From assembly GCA_040882605.1 (NCBI GenBank), contig JBBEAY010000062.1, positions 4,661 through 68,660 of the forward strand: 64,000 nucleotides of DNA, read 5' to 3'. Position numbers and translations under genes: made by a program. Below, one piece after another: positions 28,863 through 37,064 of the stretch. The stretch is from Actinomycetota bacterium (GTDB lineage: Bacteria > Actinomycetota > UBA4738 > HRBIN12). A model generated the notes under the pieces. That model had not been told where the DNA came from. It made no database searches and saw nothing but the letters and a program-made list of their open reading frames with translations. Position 1 is the first letter of the stretch. The number at the start of each line of letters is the position of its first letter.

Positions 28863-31204
28863 GCGAAGTGCGGACCTCCAAGCTCGACGAGCTGCGTGTG
28901 GTGCACCAGCCCCTTCCCCGTCACGATCAGGCCGAGAAGATCGCCGGCACCACGAAGTTCGCCGGCGATCTGGCGTTCGCCGGCATGCTCCATGCCTGCG
29001 TGGTCCGGTCGCAGGTGCCGAGCGCGACGATCACGCGCCGCGACGGCGACGACGCCCGGCGGGTTCCCGGAGTCGTCGCCGTGCTGTTCGGCGAGGACGT
29101 GCCCAACAACGAGATCCGGGTCGACGTGCCGGGCCAGACGGTGGTGGTCGGAGCGTTCCGGGCATCGATGCAGGTGCTGGCGACCGACCGCGTCCGGTTC
29201 CACGGGGAACCGGTCGCGCTGGTGATCGCCGAGACCGAGGACGCGCTCGCCGTGGCGCGCGAGCTGGTGACGATCGAGTTCGATGACCTGCCCGTGGTGA
29301 GCGATCCGGAGCAAGCCCTCGCCGCCGGCGCCTTCCAGGTGCATGACGGCGGCAACCTGCTGGCAGAGTGGCGGATCGACCGGGGCGACGTGGATCCCGC
29401 GTTCGATCGAGCGGACGTCGTCGTCGAGGACGAATACCGCACGCAGTTCGTCGATCACGCCTACCTCGAGCCGGAAGCCGGAGTCGGGTGGCTCGACGAC
29501 GACGGGGTGCTGACCCTCCGCGTGGCGACGCAGGTGGTCGAGCACTACCGCGACGTCGCGAAGATCCTCGGAGTGCCGGATTCCAAAGTCCGCGTCATCG
29601 CGCCCTACGTCGGTGGAGGATTCGGGGGCAAAGAAGACATGACCGTCGAGCCCTACGTCGCCCTGGCCGTCTGGCACACACGCCGGCCGGTCCGCATGCA
29701 GTGGACGCGCAACGAGTCGCTGCTGGCCCGCGCCAAGCGTCATCGCAACGTGATGCGTTACCGCACCGCGGCCTCGGCCGACGGCACGCTGCTCGCCCAC
29801 GACATCGACATCCTCTCCGATGCCGGTGCGTACGCGTACCTCTCAGCGCTCGTGCTCCTTTACTCGACAGTGCACGCCTGTGGACCGTACCGGGTGGGCA
29901 ACGTGCGCATCCGCGCGAGGACGGCGTATACGAACAACCCGCCGACCTCGGCGTTCCGAGGCTTCGGCGGCATGCAGATGGTGCTCGGGTACGAATCGCA
30001 GATCGACGAGGTCGCCAGACGTCTCGAGATCGACCCGGGCGAGATCCGTAAGCGCAACGCGCTCGCCCGCGGCGACCGCCTGCCGGTCGGTCAGGAGCTG
30101 ATCACCGAGGTCCAGCTCGCGCAGACGATCGATGCCGTGCGCGAGCGGGCGGGCGGCAAGCCCACCCCCGCTGGTCCTCGCAAGCGCACCGGACGGGCGA
30201 TCGCCTCGAACATGCAGTCCTACGGGCGGCTCGTGTGGTTGAATGACTCCGCCGCTGCGTGGATCGGGTTCCAGATGGACGGATCGGCGACGGTGCGCTG
30301 TGGCGTCCCGGATATCGGTGGCGGCCAGGCCTCGTCGCTCGCACAGATCGCGTCCGAGATCCTGGCGGTCGACATCGACCGGATCAGCGTGCATTTCGGC
30401 GACAGCGCGCTCACGCCTTTGGCGGGCACGACGACGGCGACTCGTCAGCTGCTGATGTCGGGCAACGCCACCTACGAGGCGGCCACGATGCTGCGCGACG
30501 GCATGCTCGGTGCCGTCGGCGACGAAACCGGTCAGGCGTTCGATTCGCTGCGCATGACGCCTCAGGGAGTGCTCGGGCCCGACGTCACCATGCCGCTCGT
30601 CGACGTGTTGCAGCTGTGCCGGCGTCGGAGCGTTCCGATCGAGGCGCTGGGCACGCACTTCGGCCCCAAGGGAAGAGAGGTCACCCGAGACCTCGAGGGC
30701 GGGCGCATCTTCCCCGACTTCACGTTCGGCACGCACCTCGCCGACGTCGAGGTCGACATCGACACGGGTGAAGTGGAGATCCTCCGGTACATCGCGGCCC
30801 ACGACGTGGGCCGGGCGATCAACCCTCTCTCGGTGGCGGGGCAGATCTCGGGTGCCGCCGTGCAGGGCATAGGGCAGGTGCTCCTCGAGGAGGTCGTGAT
30901 GCAGGATGGCGTCAATCTCACCCCGGGTCTGTTCCAGTACCTGATACCCACCGCGACCGACGTGCCCGACATCGAGACCCTGATCCTTGAATCGGGCGAA
31001 GGCCTCGGGCCCTTCGGCGCCCGCGGCATCGGCGAGCCTCCCATCGGCCCCCCGCTCGGAGCGATCCCCGCGGCCATCGCCGATGCGATCGGCGTTCGCC
31101 CCACGACACTTCCCATCACACCCGAACGCGTGCTTTCGTGTATCGCGGCGGCGACCGCCGCCGCTGGGGTGCGGGGAGCCTCACAGGAGGGAGCGAAGTC
31201 ATGA
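28859..31204 (+). CDS. Molybdenum hydroxylase molybdopterin-binding (large) subunit, xanthine-dehydrogenase/aldehyde-oxidase type
   Basis: 781 aa. It carries the AFRGFGGMQ motif (XDH type) rather than the CODH VAYRCSFR/AYRGAGR loop. GGGQ and GEPP motifs are present. ATGA couplings on both sides. Confidence 0.85.
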   Translation: MSEVRTSKLDELRVVHQPLPRHDQAEKIAGTTKFAGDLAFAGMLHACVVRSQVPSATITRRDGDDARRVPGVVAVLFGEDVPNNEIRVDVPGQTVVVGAFRASMQVLATDRVRFHGEPVALVIAETEDALAVARELVTIEFDDLPVVSDPEQALAAGAFQVHDGGNLLAEWRIDRGDVDPAFDRADVVVEDEYRTQFVDHAYLEPEAGVGWLDDDGVLTLRVATQVVEHYRDVAKILGVPDSKVRVIAPYVGGGFGGKEDMTVEPYVALAVWHTRRPVRMQWTRNESLLARAKRHRNVMRYRTAASADGTLLAHDIDILSDAGAYAYLSALVLLYSTVHACGPYRVGNVRIRARTAYTNNPPTSAFRGFGGMQMVLGYESQIDEVARRLEIDPGEIRKRNALARGDRLPVGQELITEVQLAQTIDAVRERAGGKPTPAGPRKRTGRAIASNMQSYGRLVWLNDSAAAWIGFQMDGSATVRCGVPDIGGGQASSLAQIASEILAVDIDRISVHFGDSALTPLAGTTTATRQLLMSGNATYEAATMLRDGMLGAVGDETGQAFDSLRMTPQGVLGPDVTMPLVDVLQLCRRRSVPIEALGTHFGPKGREVTRDLEGGRIFPDFTFGTHLADVEVDIDTGEVEILRYIAAHDVGRAINPLSVAGQISGAAVQGIGQVLLEEVVMQDGVNLTPGLFQYLIPTATDVPDIETLILESGEGLGPFGARGIGEPPIGPPLGAIPAAIADAIGVRPTTLPITPERVLSCIAAATAAAGVRGASQEGAKS

Positions 31205-32538
31205 CCTACGGCATCGAGGAGTACGAGCGGCGGACCCCCAAGGGCCGACAGGCCTGGGAGAAGATCGCGAAGCTGATCCCAGGGGGAGTCGGGAGCGCGA
31301 TCCAGTTCAAGCCTCCCTATCCGTTGTACCTCGCTGACTCGAAGGGATCCCGCGTATGGGATCTGGATGGCAACGAGTACATCGACTACTCGCTCTGCTA
31401 CGCGGCGATGGTCGCCGGTCACGCTAACCCGGTGATCGTCGAGGCGATCAAGCGCCAGGCCGAGCACGGCACGCTCTACGGCCTGCCGACGACGCTCGCC
31501 GGCGATCTCGCCGAGGAGGTGATCCGCCGCTATCCCGGCGTGATCGAGATGATCCGGTTCACCCAATCCGGTGTCGAAGCCACGCAGACGGCGATCCGGC
31601 TCGCGCGCGCCGCCACCGGCCGCAAGACGATCGTGAAGATCGAGGGGCAGTACCACGGCGGCACCGATCACCTGCTCGTGTCGATCGGCGGAGCTTCCGC
31701 CGATGCCGCCGGGCCCGACGACCACCCGAACGCCACCGCAGACTCGGCTGGGCTGCTCCCGGCTTCCACGCAGTACACGGCCGTCGTGTCGTTCAACGAC
31801 CTCGACATGATGCGCCGGGCGTTCGACGAGCACGATGGCGACGTGGCCGGCGTGATCGTCGAGCCGGCGATGACGAACGGCGGGGTGATCCCTCCGGTGC
31901 CCGGCTACCTCGAGGGCATCCGCGCGCTCTGCACCGACAAGGGTGCCGTGATGATCATGGACGAGGTGAAGCTCGGGTGCCGGATCGCGCCTGGTGGCGC
32001 CACCGAGTATTGGGGCGTGAAGGGAGACCTCGTCACGCTCGCGAAGGCGATCGGTGGCGGAGTTCCGGTCGGCGCCTTCGGTGGCAAGCGTGAGCTCATG
32101 GAGCAGATCAGTCCGCTCGGCCCTGCGGTCCATTTCGGCACGTACAACGCGAATCCGCTGGGCATGGCGGCCGGACTCGCCTGTCTCACGAAGGTCATGA
32201 CCGACGACGCCTACAAGGAGATGACGCGCCTCACCACCCGGCTCGCCGACGGCATGCGCGAGGTCTTCGCGGACAAGGGTGTGACGGCTCACGTCGTGCA
32301 ACTGAACACGCTGGGGGGGCTGTTCTTCGGGCTCGATCGCCAGCCCAACAACTTCCGAGAAGCGGCGATGAACGACGCTGCCAGGTGGGACGACTACTGG
32401 TTCGCCATGTTGGATCGCGGCGTGATCCCGATGGGCTCGGCGTGGTTCGAAGAGTTCTCGATGTCGGCTCAACACACCGACGAGGACGTCGACCGGACGC
32501 TCGAGGCCTTCGAGGACTCGATCGCGGCGATCGCCTGA
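31201..32538 (+). CDS. Class-III aminotransferase, glutamate-1-semialdehyde-2,1-aminomutase-like
   Basis: ...LIPGGV...GSRVWDLDGNEYIDY...FTQSGVEATQTAIRLARA...MDEVKLG...TLAKAIGGG. Confidence 0.8.
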   Translation: MTYGIEEYERRTPKGRQAWEKIAKLIPGGVGSAIQFKPPYPLYLADSKGSRVWDLDGNEYIDYSLCYAAMVAGHANPVIVEAIKRQAEHGTLYGLPTTLAGDLAEEVIRRYPGVIEMIRFTQSGVEATQTAIRLARAATGRKTIVKIEGQYHGGTDHLLVSIGGASADAAGPDDHPNATADSAGLLPASTQYTAVVSFNDLDMMRRAFDEHDGDVAGVIVEPAMTNGGVIPPVPGYLEGIRALCTDKGAVMIMDEVKLGCRIAPGGATEYWGVKGDLVTLAKAIGGGVPVGAFGGKRELMEQISPLGPAVHFGTYNANPLGMAAGLACLTKVMTDDAYKEMTRLTTRLADGMREVFADKGVTAHVVQLNTLGGLFFGLDRQPNNFREAAMNDAARWDDYWFAMLDRGVIPMGSAWFEEFSMSAQHTDEDVDRTLEAFEDSIAAIA

Positions 32539-32584
32539 GGACAGCGAGCGGCGAGGAGAGCGAACGAAAGGCAAGCCGAACGAC

Positions 32585-33778
32585 ATGGCCGTCACCGCGA
32601 CGGGCGCCGACGACGTCACGGTCGAGGCGTTGATCGACGATCCGTATCCGATCTACGCGCGGCTGCGGCACGAGTCGCCCGTGTGCCACGTGCCGGCCGT
32701 CGGTCTGTGGTTCGTGACGCGCTGGGCCGACGTCGTAGCCGCCGCCGAAGACACGGCATGCTTCCCGGCTTCCATGGCCGACTCACCGCTCGACCGCAGC
32801 CTTGGAGGGCGGAACGTCCTCACGGTCGATGGCGGCGAGCACGAGCGCAAGCGCGCGCCGATGGAGAACACACTCCGTCCTCGCAACGTCGAGGCCAGCG
32901 CTCCCGCGATCGTCGAGCGGATCGCGAACGGGCTGATCGACGGGTTCCTCGCCGATGGCGAAGCCGACCTGAAGACCGCGTACTGCGAGCCGCTCGCGGC
33001 GTCCTCGCTCGCCGAGGTGATCGGGCTGCATGGGCTCGACGCGCCTACGTTGCAGCGATGGTTCCACGAGCTCGCGACCGGAACGTCTAACTACGAGGGC
33101 GACCCCGTGAAGCAGCAGGTGGCGGAGCGCACAAGCGCCGAGGTGGACGCCACGCTCCGGCCGATGCTGGCTGCGGTTCTCGAACGACCCGACGGCACCA
33201 TGATCTCCGACATGCTCCATGCGGAGTCCGGCGATCTCGAGGAGAAGATGCGAGGGTTCATGCCGACACTGAAGCTCGCCCTGATCGATGGGCTCCAGGA
33301 GCCGGGCGACGGCCTCGGATCGACGCTCGCCGGCGTTCTCGGGAACGAGGACCAGCGCCCCGTGTTCCTCGATGATCCTGCTGGCCTCGCGCGGCAGGCT
33401 GTGGATGAGGGCATCCGGTGGGTGTCGCCGATCGGAACGCAGGGACGTGCCGCGGGCCACGGTGCATCGGTCGCGGGTGTCGAGATCCCTGAGGGGCAGG
33501 CCGTCGGGCTCATCATCCCGTCGGCCAATCGCGACGAAAGCGTGTGGGGCCCGACCGCGGATCGCTACGACCTCTTCCGAGCGCGCCATGCCAACGCCGC
33601 ATTCGGGTTCGGGCCGCATTTCTGCGTGGGGCACCAGCTCGCGCGCGTGCAGATGCGGACGGGGGTTCGCCTGCTCGCGGAGCGCCTTCCGGGGCTCCAC
33701 CTCGATCCGCAACGGCCACCCGTGTTCCGAGGTTGGGAATACCGGGGCCCAGCGAGCCTGCATGCGAGATGGAGCTGA
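32585..33778 (+). CDS. Cytochrome P450 with atypical I-helix
   Basis: Heme loop FGFGPHFCVGHQLA and ExxR (DEGIRW). The I-helix position reads ALIDGLQEPGDG, i.e. E-P instead of the usual D/E-T. Confidence 0.85.
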   Translation: MAVTATGADDVTVEALIDDPYPIYARLRHESPVCHVPAVGLWFVTRWADVVAAAEDTACFPASMADSPLDRSLGGRNVLTVDGGEHERKRAPMENTLRPRNVEASAPAIVERIANGLIDGFLADGEADLKTAYCEPLAASSLAEVIGLHGLDAPTLQRWFHELATGTSNYEGDPVKQQVAERTSAEVDATLRPMLAAVLERPDGTMISDMLHAESGDLEEKMRGFMPTLKLALIDGLQEPGDGLGSTLAGVLGNEDQRPVFLDDPAGLARQAVDEGIRWVSPIGTQGRAAGHGASVAGVEIPEGQAVGLIIPSANRDESVWGPTADRYDLFRARHANAAFGFGPHFCVGHQLARVQMRTGVRLLAERLPGLHLDPQRPPVFRGWEYRGPASLHARWS

Positions 33779-33843
33779 CCCGCGGCACGCCGGCTTCGGG
33801 TCCGCCCGTTCCCCGTCGAACCGAGCCTCCTGACCGTGTCCGT

Positions 33844-33849
33844 TAGGCT
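33844..33849 (+). promoter_or_regulatory. Putative -10 (TAGGCT) for a leaderless, independent gatB transcript
   Basis: TANNNT hexamer 8 nt upstream of ATG 33858, with no SD. It is part of a 12-mer GTTAGGCTGACC that also occurs at 38553-38564. Confidence 0.4.
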
Positions 33850-33857
33850 GACCTGCG

Positions 33858-35309
33858 ATGACCGAGTACGAGGCCGTGATCGGGCTCGAGTGTCACGTGG
33901 AGCTCAGCACCGAGACCAAGATGTTCTGCGGATGCCGCAACACGTTCGGCGCTCCGCCCAACACCAACGTCTGCCCGGTGTGCCTCGGGCATCCCGGTTC
34001 CTTACCGGTTCCCAACCGCGAGGCGATCCGGCGCATCATCACGATCGGGCTCGCACTCGGCAGTGAGATCGCGCCGCATTCGCTGTTCCACCGCAAGAAC
34101 TACTTCTACCCCGACATGCCGAAGAACTTCCAGATCAGCCAGTACGACCTGCCGATCTGCGTGGGTGGCCACCTCGACGTGGAGCTTCCCGATGGATCCA
34201 CGAGCCGCGTGGGCATCACGCGCGTGCACATGGAAGAGGACACCGGCAAGACCACACATGCCAGCTCGAGTGGGCGCATCCACGACGCCGACGCGGCGCT
34301 CGTCGACTTCAACAGGGCGGGCGTGCCGCTCGTGGAATGCGTGAGCGAACCCGACATCCGCTCGCCCGAGGAGGCCGGCTCGTACCTGCGTGAGCTTCGC
34401 GTCACGCTCGAGTCGCTCGACGTGAGCGACGTGCGCATGGAGGAAGGCTCGCTCCGCTGCGACGCCAACGTCTCGATGCGTCCGGTGGGCGCTCAGCCCC
34501 TCGGCACTAAAGTCGAGATCAAGAACATGAACTCGGTGCGCTCGCTCGAGCGCGCGCTCGTCTACGAGATCTCGCGGCAGACGAAGGCGCTCGAAGCCGG
34601 TGAGGCGATCGTGCAGGAGACCCGCCACTGGAACGAGGACGCGAGTGCCACGGCTTCGATGCGTTCCAAAGAGGAAGCCTTCGACTACCGATACTTTCCA
34701 GAGCCCGACATCCCGGCGATCGAGCCGGCCGCGGTTTGGATCGAGGAGCTCCGCGCCGCGTTGCCCGAGCTGCCGCGCGCCCGGCGTGAGCGCTACGTCA
34801 TCGAGCACGGGTTGAAGCCCGAGGTGGCCCGCGTGCTGGTGGGCGACCGTGCGGCCTGCGTGGTCTTCGAGGAGACCGTGGAGCTCGGTGCCGACCCCGT
34901 GGCCGCCGCCAACTGGGTGACCCAGGATCTCGCCGGGCTCGCGAACAAGCACGGCGCCGACGCGGCGGCAAGGGTCACTCCGCGACACCTGGCAGACCTG
35001 CTCTCGCTGCTCGCCGACGACAAGGTCAGCGGTGCGGGGGCGAAGCAGGCGCTCGAGGATGCCGTCGAGACCGGCGACGACATCGATGCGATCGTCGAGC
35101 GTCGCGATCTGCGACAGGTCTCCGACTCGGGGGAGCTCGGCGCGATCGTCGAGCAGGTGCTCGTCGGCAACGCCGACGCCGTAGGGAAATTCCGGTCGGG
35201 CAACGAGAGCGTGATCGGCTTCTTGGTGGGGCAGGTCATGAAGGCCTCGGGCGGTTCGGCGAACCCGAAGCTCGCGCAGGAGCTGTTGCGCGAGCGCCTG
35301 AAGAGCTGA
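33858..35309 (+). CDS. gatB: Asp/Glu-tRNA amidotransferase subunit B
   Basis: YEAVIGLECHVELSTETKMFCGC...CPVCLGHPGSLP is a canonical GatB N-terminus. The C-terminal GatB/YqeY domain is present. Confidence 0.95.
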   Translation: MTEYEAVIGLECHVELSTETKMFCGCRNTFGAPPNTNVCPVCLGHPGSLPVPNREAIRRIITIGLALGSEIAPHSLFHRKNYFYPDMPKNFQISQYDLPICVGGHLDVELPDGSTSRVGITRVHMEEDTGKTTHASSSGRIHDADAALVDFNRAGVPLVECVSEPDIRSPEEAGSYLRELRVTLESLDVSDVRMEEGSLRCDANVSMRPVGAQPLGTKVEIKNMNSVRSLERALVYEISRQTKALEAGEAIVQETRHWNEDASATASMRSKEEAFDYRYFPEPDIPAIEPAAVWIEELRAALPELPRARRERYVIEHGLKPEVARVLVGDRAACVVFEETVELGADPVAAANWVTQDLAGLANKHGADAAARVTPRHLADLLSLLADDKVSGAGAKQALEDAVETGDDIDAIVERRDLRQVSDSGELGAIVEQVLVGNADAVGKFRSGNESVIGFLVGQVMKASGGSANPKLAQELLRERLKS

Positions 35310-35320
35310 GGGCGCGCCCC

Positions 35321-36649
35321 ATGGCCGGGGCCCCAGGCCGTCCGAGGCGCATCCCGCTGTGGCAGCTGGTGTTGTACGGCATCTCGAGCCTCGTGCTCGG
35401 CGCAGTGCATCCCTTCGCGCGCATGTGGCGCTCGAGCGACCCGATCGACAGTTACGCCCTGAACCACTTCACGAGCGTCGCCGGAGACGCCATCCTCGCG
35501 ATCGCTCTGGCCGACTCGGTATTCTTCTCGTTGCCGGTCGACGAGGCGAAGCTGCGTGTGGCCGCCTACCTTGCGATCACGATGTTGCCGCTCGCGCTCG
35601 CAGGCCCGCTCCTCGTACCGCTGCTCGATCGAGCCGGACCGCGCCGGTTGATCGCGTTCGCGTCGGCCGCGGCGCGTGCGGCCATCGCGATCTACGCGGC
35701 GCCGCGGTTCGGCACGCTGGTGCTGTTCCCGGCGGCGCTGGGTCTTCTCGTGCTCTCGAGGGTGCATGCCGTCACCAAGAACGGACTCACGATCGCTTAT
35801 GCCGGCGGCGGCGACGGCTTGATGCAGGCGAACGCGCGGCTCGGCCGTCTCGCCGCTGTGGGAGCTATCCTCGCGGCACCCGTCGCGTTCGGCGCCATCC
35901 GACTGGGCGGGTCGCCGGCCGCGATCTACGCGGCGGCTGTCGTGTACGCGGCGTCGGCGCTGCTGACATTGCGCCTGTCGCATCCGGGTCGGCAACCGGC
36001 GCACGACAAGTCGAGGCGCCTCCGGCCTTCGAGCCGCAAGCCGGTCGGTCGTCGCGGCGCCGTGCCCGCGCTCGGTGTGCCCGCCGTCGGCGCGGTCGGC
36101 ATGCGCGCTGCGAGCGGGTTCCTGCTCTTCCTGCTCGCCTTTTCATTGCGCGTCGACGAAGTCCCGGTGTATTGGTTCGCCGTGCTTGCGGGCGCCGGGG
36201 TGCTCGGCACGTTCGTGGCCGATGTCGTCGCGCCCCGCGCCCCCCGAACCATCCGCGAGGAAGCTGTCGTGATCGCCTCGGTCAGCGCCGCATGCATCGG
36301 CGCGGTGCTCGCGTTCAAGCTCTTCGGCCTGCCGCTGCTCACGGTGTTCGCGCTCGTGGCGGGCGCAGCCACCGAGCTCGGCCGGCTCGCCTTCCAGAGC
36401 TTGATGCAGCGCCACGCGCCGCCGGGAGCGCAGGGGCGCGTCTTCGTCCGCTATGAGGTGATGTTCCAGCTCGCGTGGGCCGGGGGAGCGTTCGCACCGG
36501 TGTTGCTGTCGATCGACTTTCGGGTCGGCATCTTGGTCCTGGCCGCCTTCTACGGGGTGCTCGGCGTGGGCACGATGGTCCGGGTGCGGATCCGGGCGGG
36601 CGACGCCGACCATGTATCGGCGCCCACCCTTCCTCCTCCGCCCACGTGA
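35321..36649 (+). CDS. Polytopic membrane protein, MFS-like
   Basis: 442 aa with about 10-12 hydrophobic segments and high GC3. It starts 11 nt after gatB. The family call is weak. Confidence 0.55.
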   Translation: MAGAPGRPRRIPLWQLVLYGISSLVLGAVHPFARMWRSSDPIDSYALNHFTSVAGDAILAIALADSVFFSLPVDEAKLRVAAYLAITMLPLALAGPLLVPLLDRAGPRRLIAFASAAARAAIAIYAAPRFGTLVLFPAALGLLVLSRVHAVTKNGLTIAYAGGGDGLMQANARLGRLAAVGAILAAPVAFGAIRLGGSPAAIYAAAVVYAASALLTLRLSHPGRQPAHDKSRRLRPSSRKPVGRRGAVPALGVPAVGAVGMRAASGFLLFLLAFSLRVDEVPVYWFAVLAGAGVLGTFVADVVAPRAPRTIREEAVVIASVSAACIGAVLAFKLFGLPLLTVFALVAGAATELGRLAFQSLMQRHAPPGAQGRVFVRYEVMFQLAWAGGAFAPVLLSIDFRVGILVLAAFYGVLGVGTMVRVRIRAGDADHVSAPTLPPPPT

Positions 36650-36739
36650 ACCCCCGGCGCCCCCAGGCTCTCGGGCTCTGCGGCGTAAGCTCTGTGCGAG
36701 TGCGTCCGCCGGGCGCCGGTCGATCATGGAGGTGCACAC

Positions 36740-37051
36740 GTGGCCGAATGGATCACCGTCGGCAAGTCCGACGAGGTCGCCGAGGGGGACGCCAACGCCT
36801 TCGACGTGAACGGGACCCAGATCGCGGTGGCCCGCGTCGACGGGGCCTTGCACGCGTTCAGCGACATCTGCACGCACCGTCAGTGCAACCTTTCGCTCGG
36901 GGGTGAGATCGATGGCACCACGATCGAGTGCGAGTGCCACGGCAGCATCTTCGAGATGACGACCGGCGCGGTCGTGCAGGGGCCGGCGAGCGAGCCGATC
37001 GCGACCTATCCGGTGTCCGAAGACGGCGACGATCTGAAGATCGAGGCCTGA
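36740..37051 (+). CDS. Rieske-type [2Fe-2S] ferredoxin
   Basis: CTHRQC...CECHGS (CxH...CxxH). 103 aa. GGAGGTG SD precedes GTG 36740. Confidence 0.85.
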   Translation: MAEWITVGKSDEVAEGDANAFDVNGTQIAVARVDGALHAFSDICTHRQCNLSLGGEIDGTTIECECHGSIFEMTTGAVVQGPASEPIATYPVSEDGDDLKIEA

Positions 37052-37064
37052 GGGGTTCCTGTCC

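Noticed and set aside
28859-31204. The CoxMSL-like genes as aerobic carbon-monoxide dehydrogenase.
   Set aside because: The large subunit lacks the CODH active-site loops (VAYRCSFR or AYRGAGR) and instead has the XDH/aldehyde-oxidase-type AFRGFGG. No coxDEFG accessory genes are adjacent.
21044-33857. The inter-gat cluster as a classical genomic island or integrative element.
   Set aside because: I found no integrase or recombinase, tRNA, transposase or flanking direct repeats, and no obvious GC shift by eye. I report it as an insertion into a conserved operon context, not as a mobile element.
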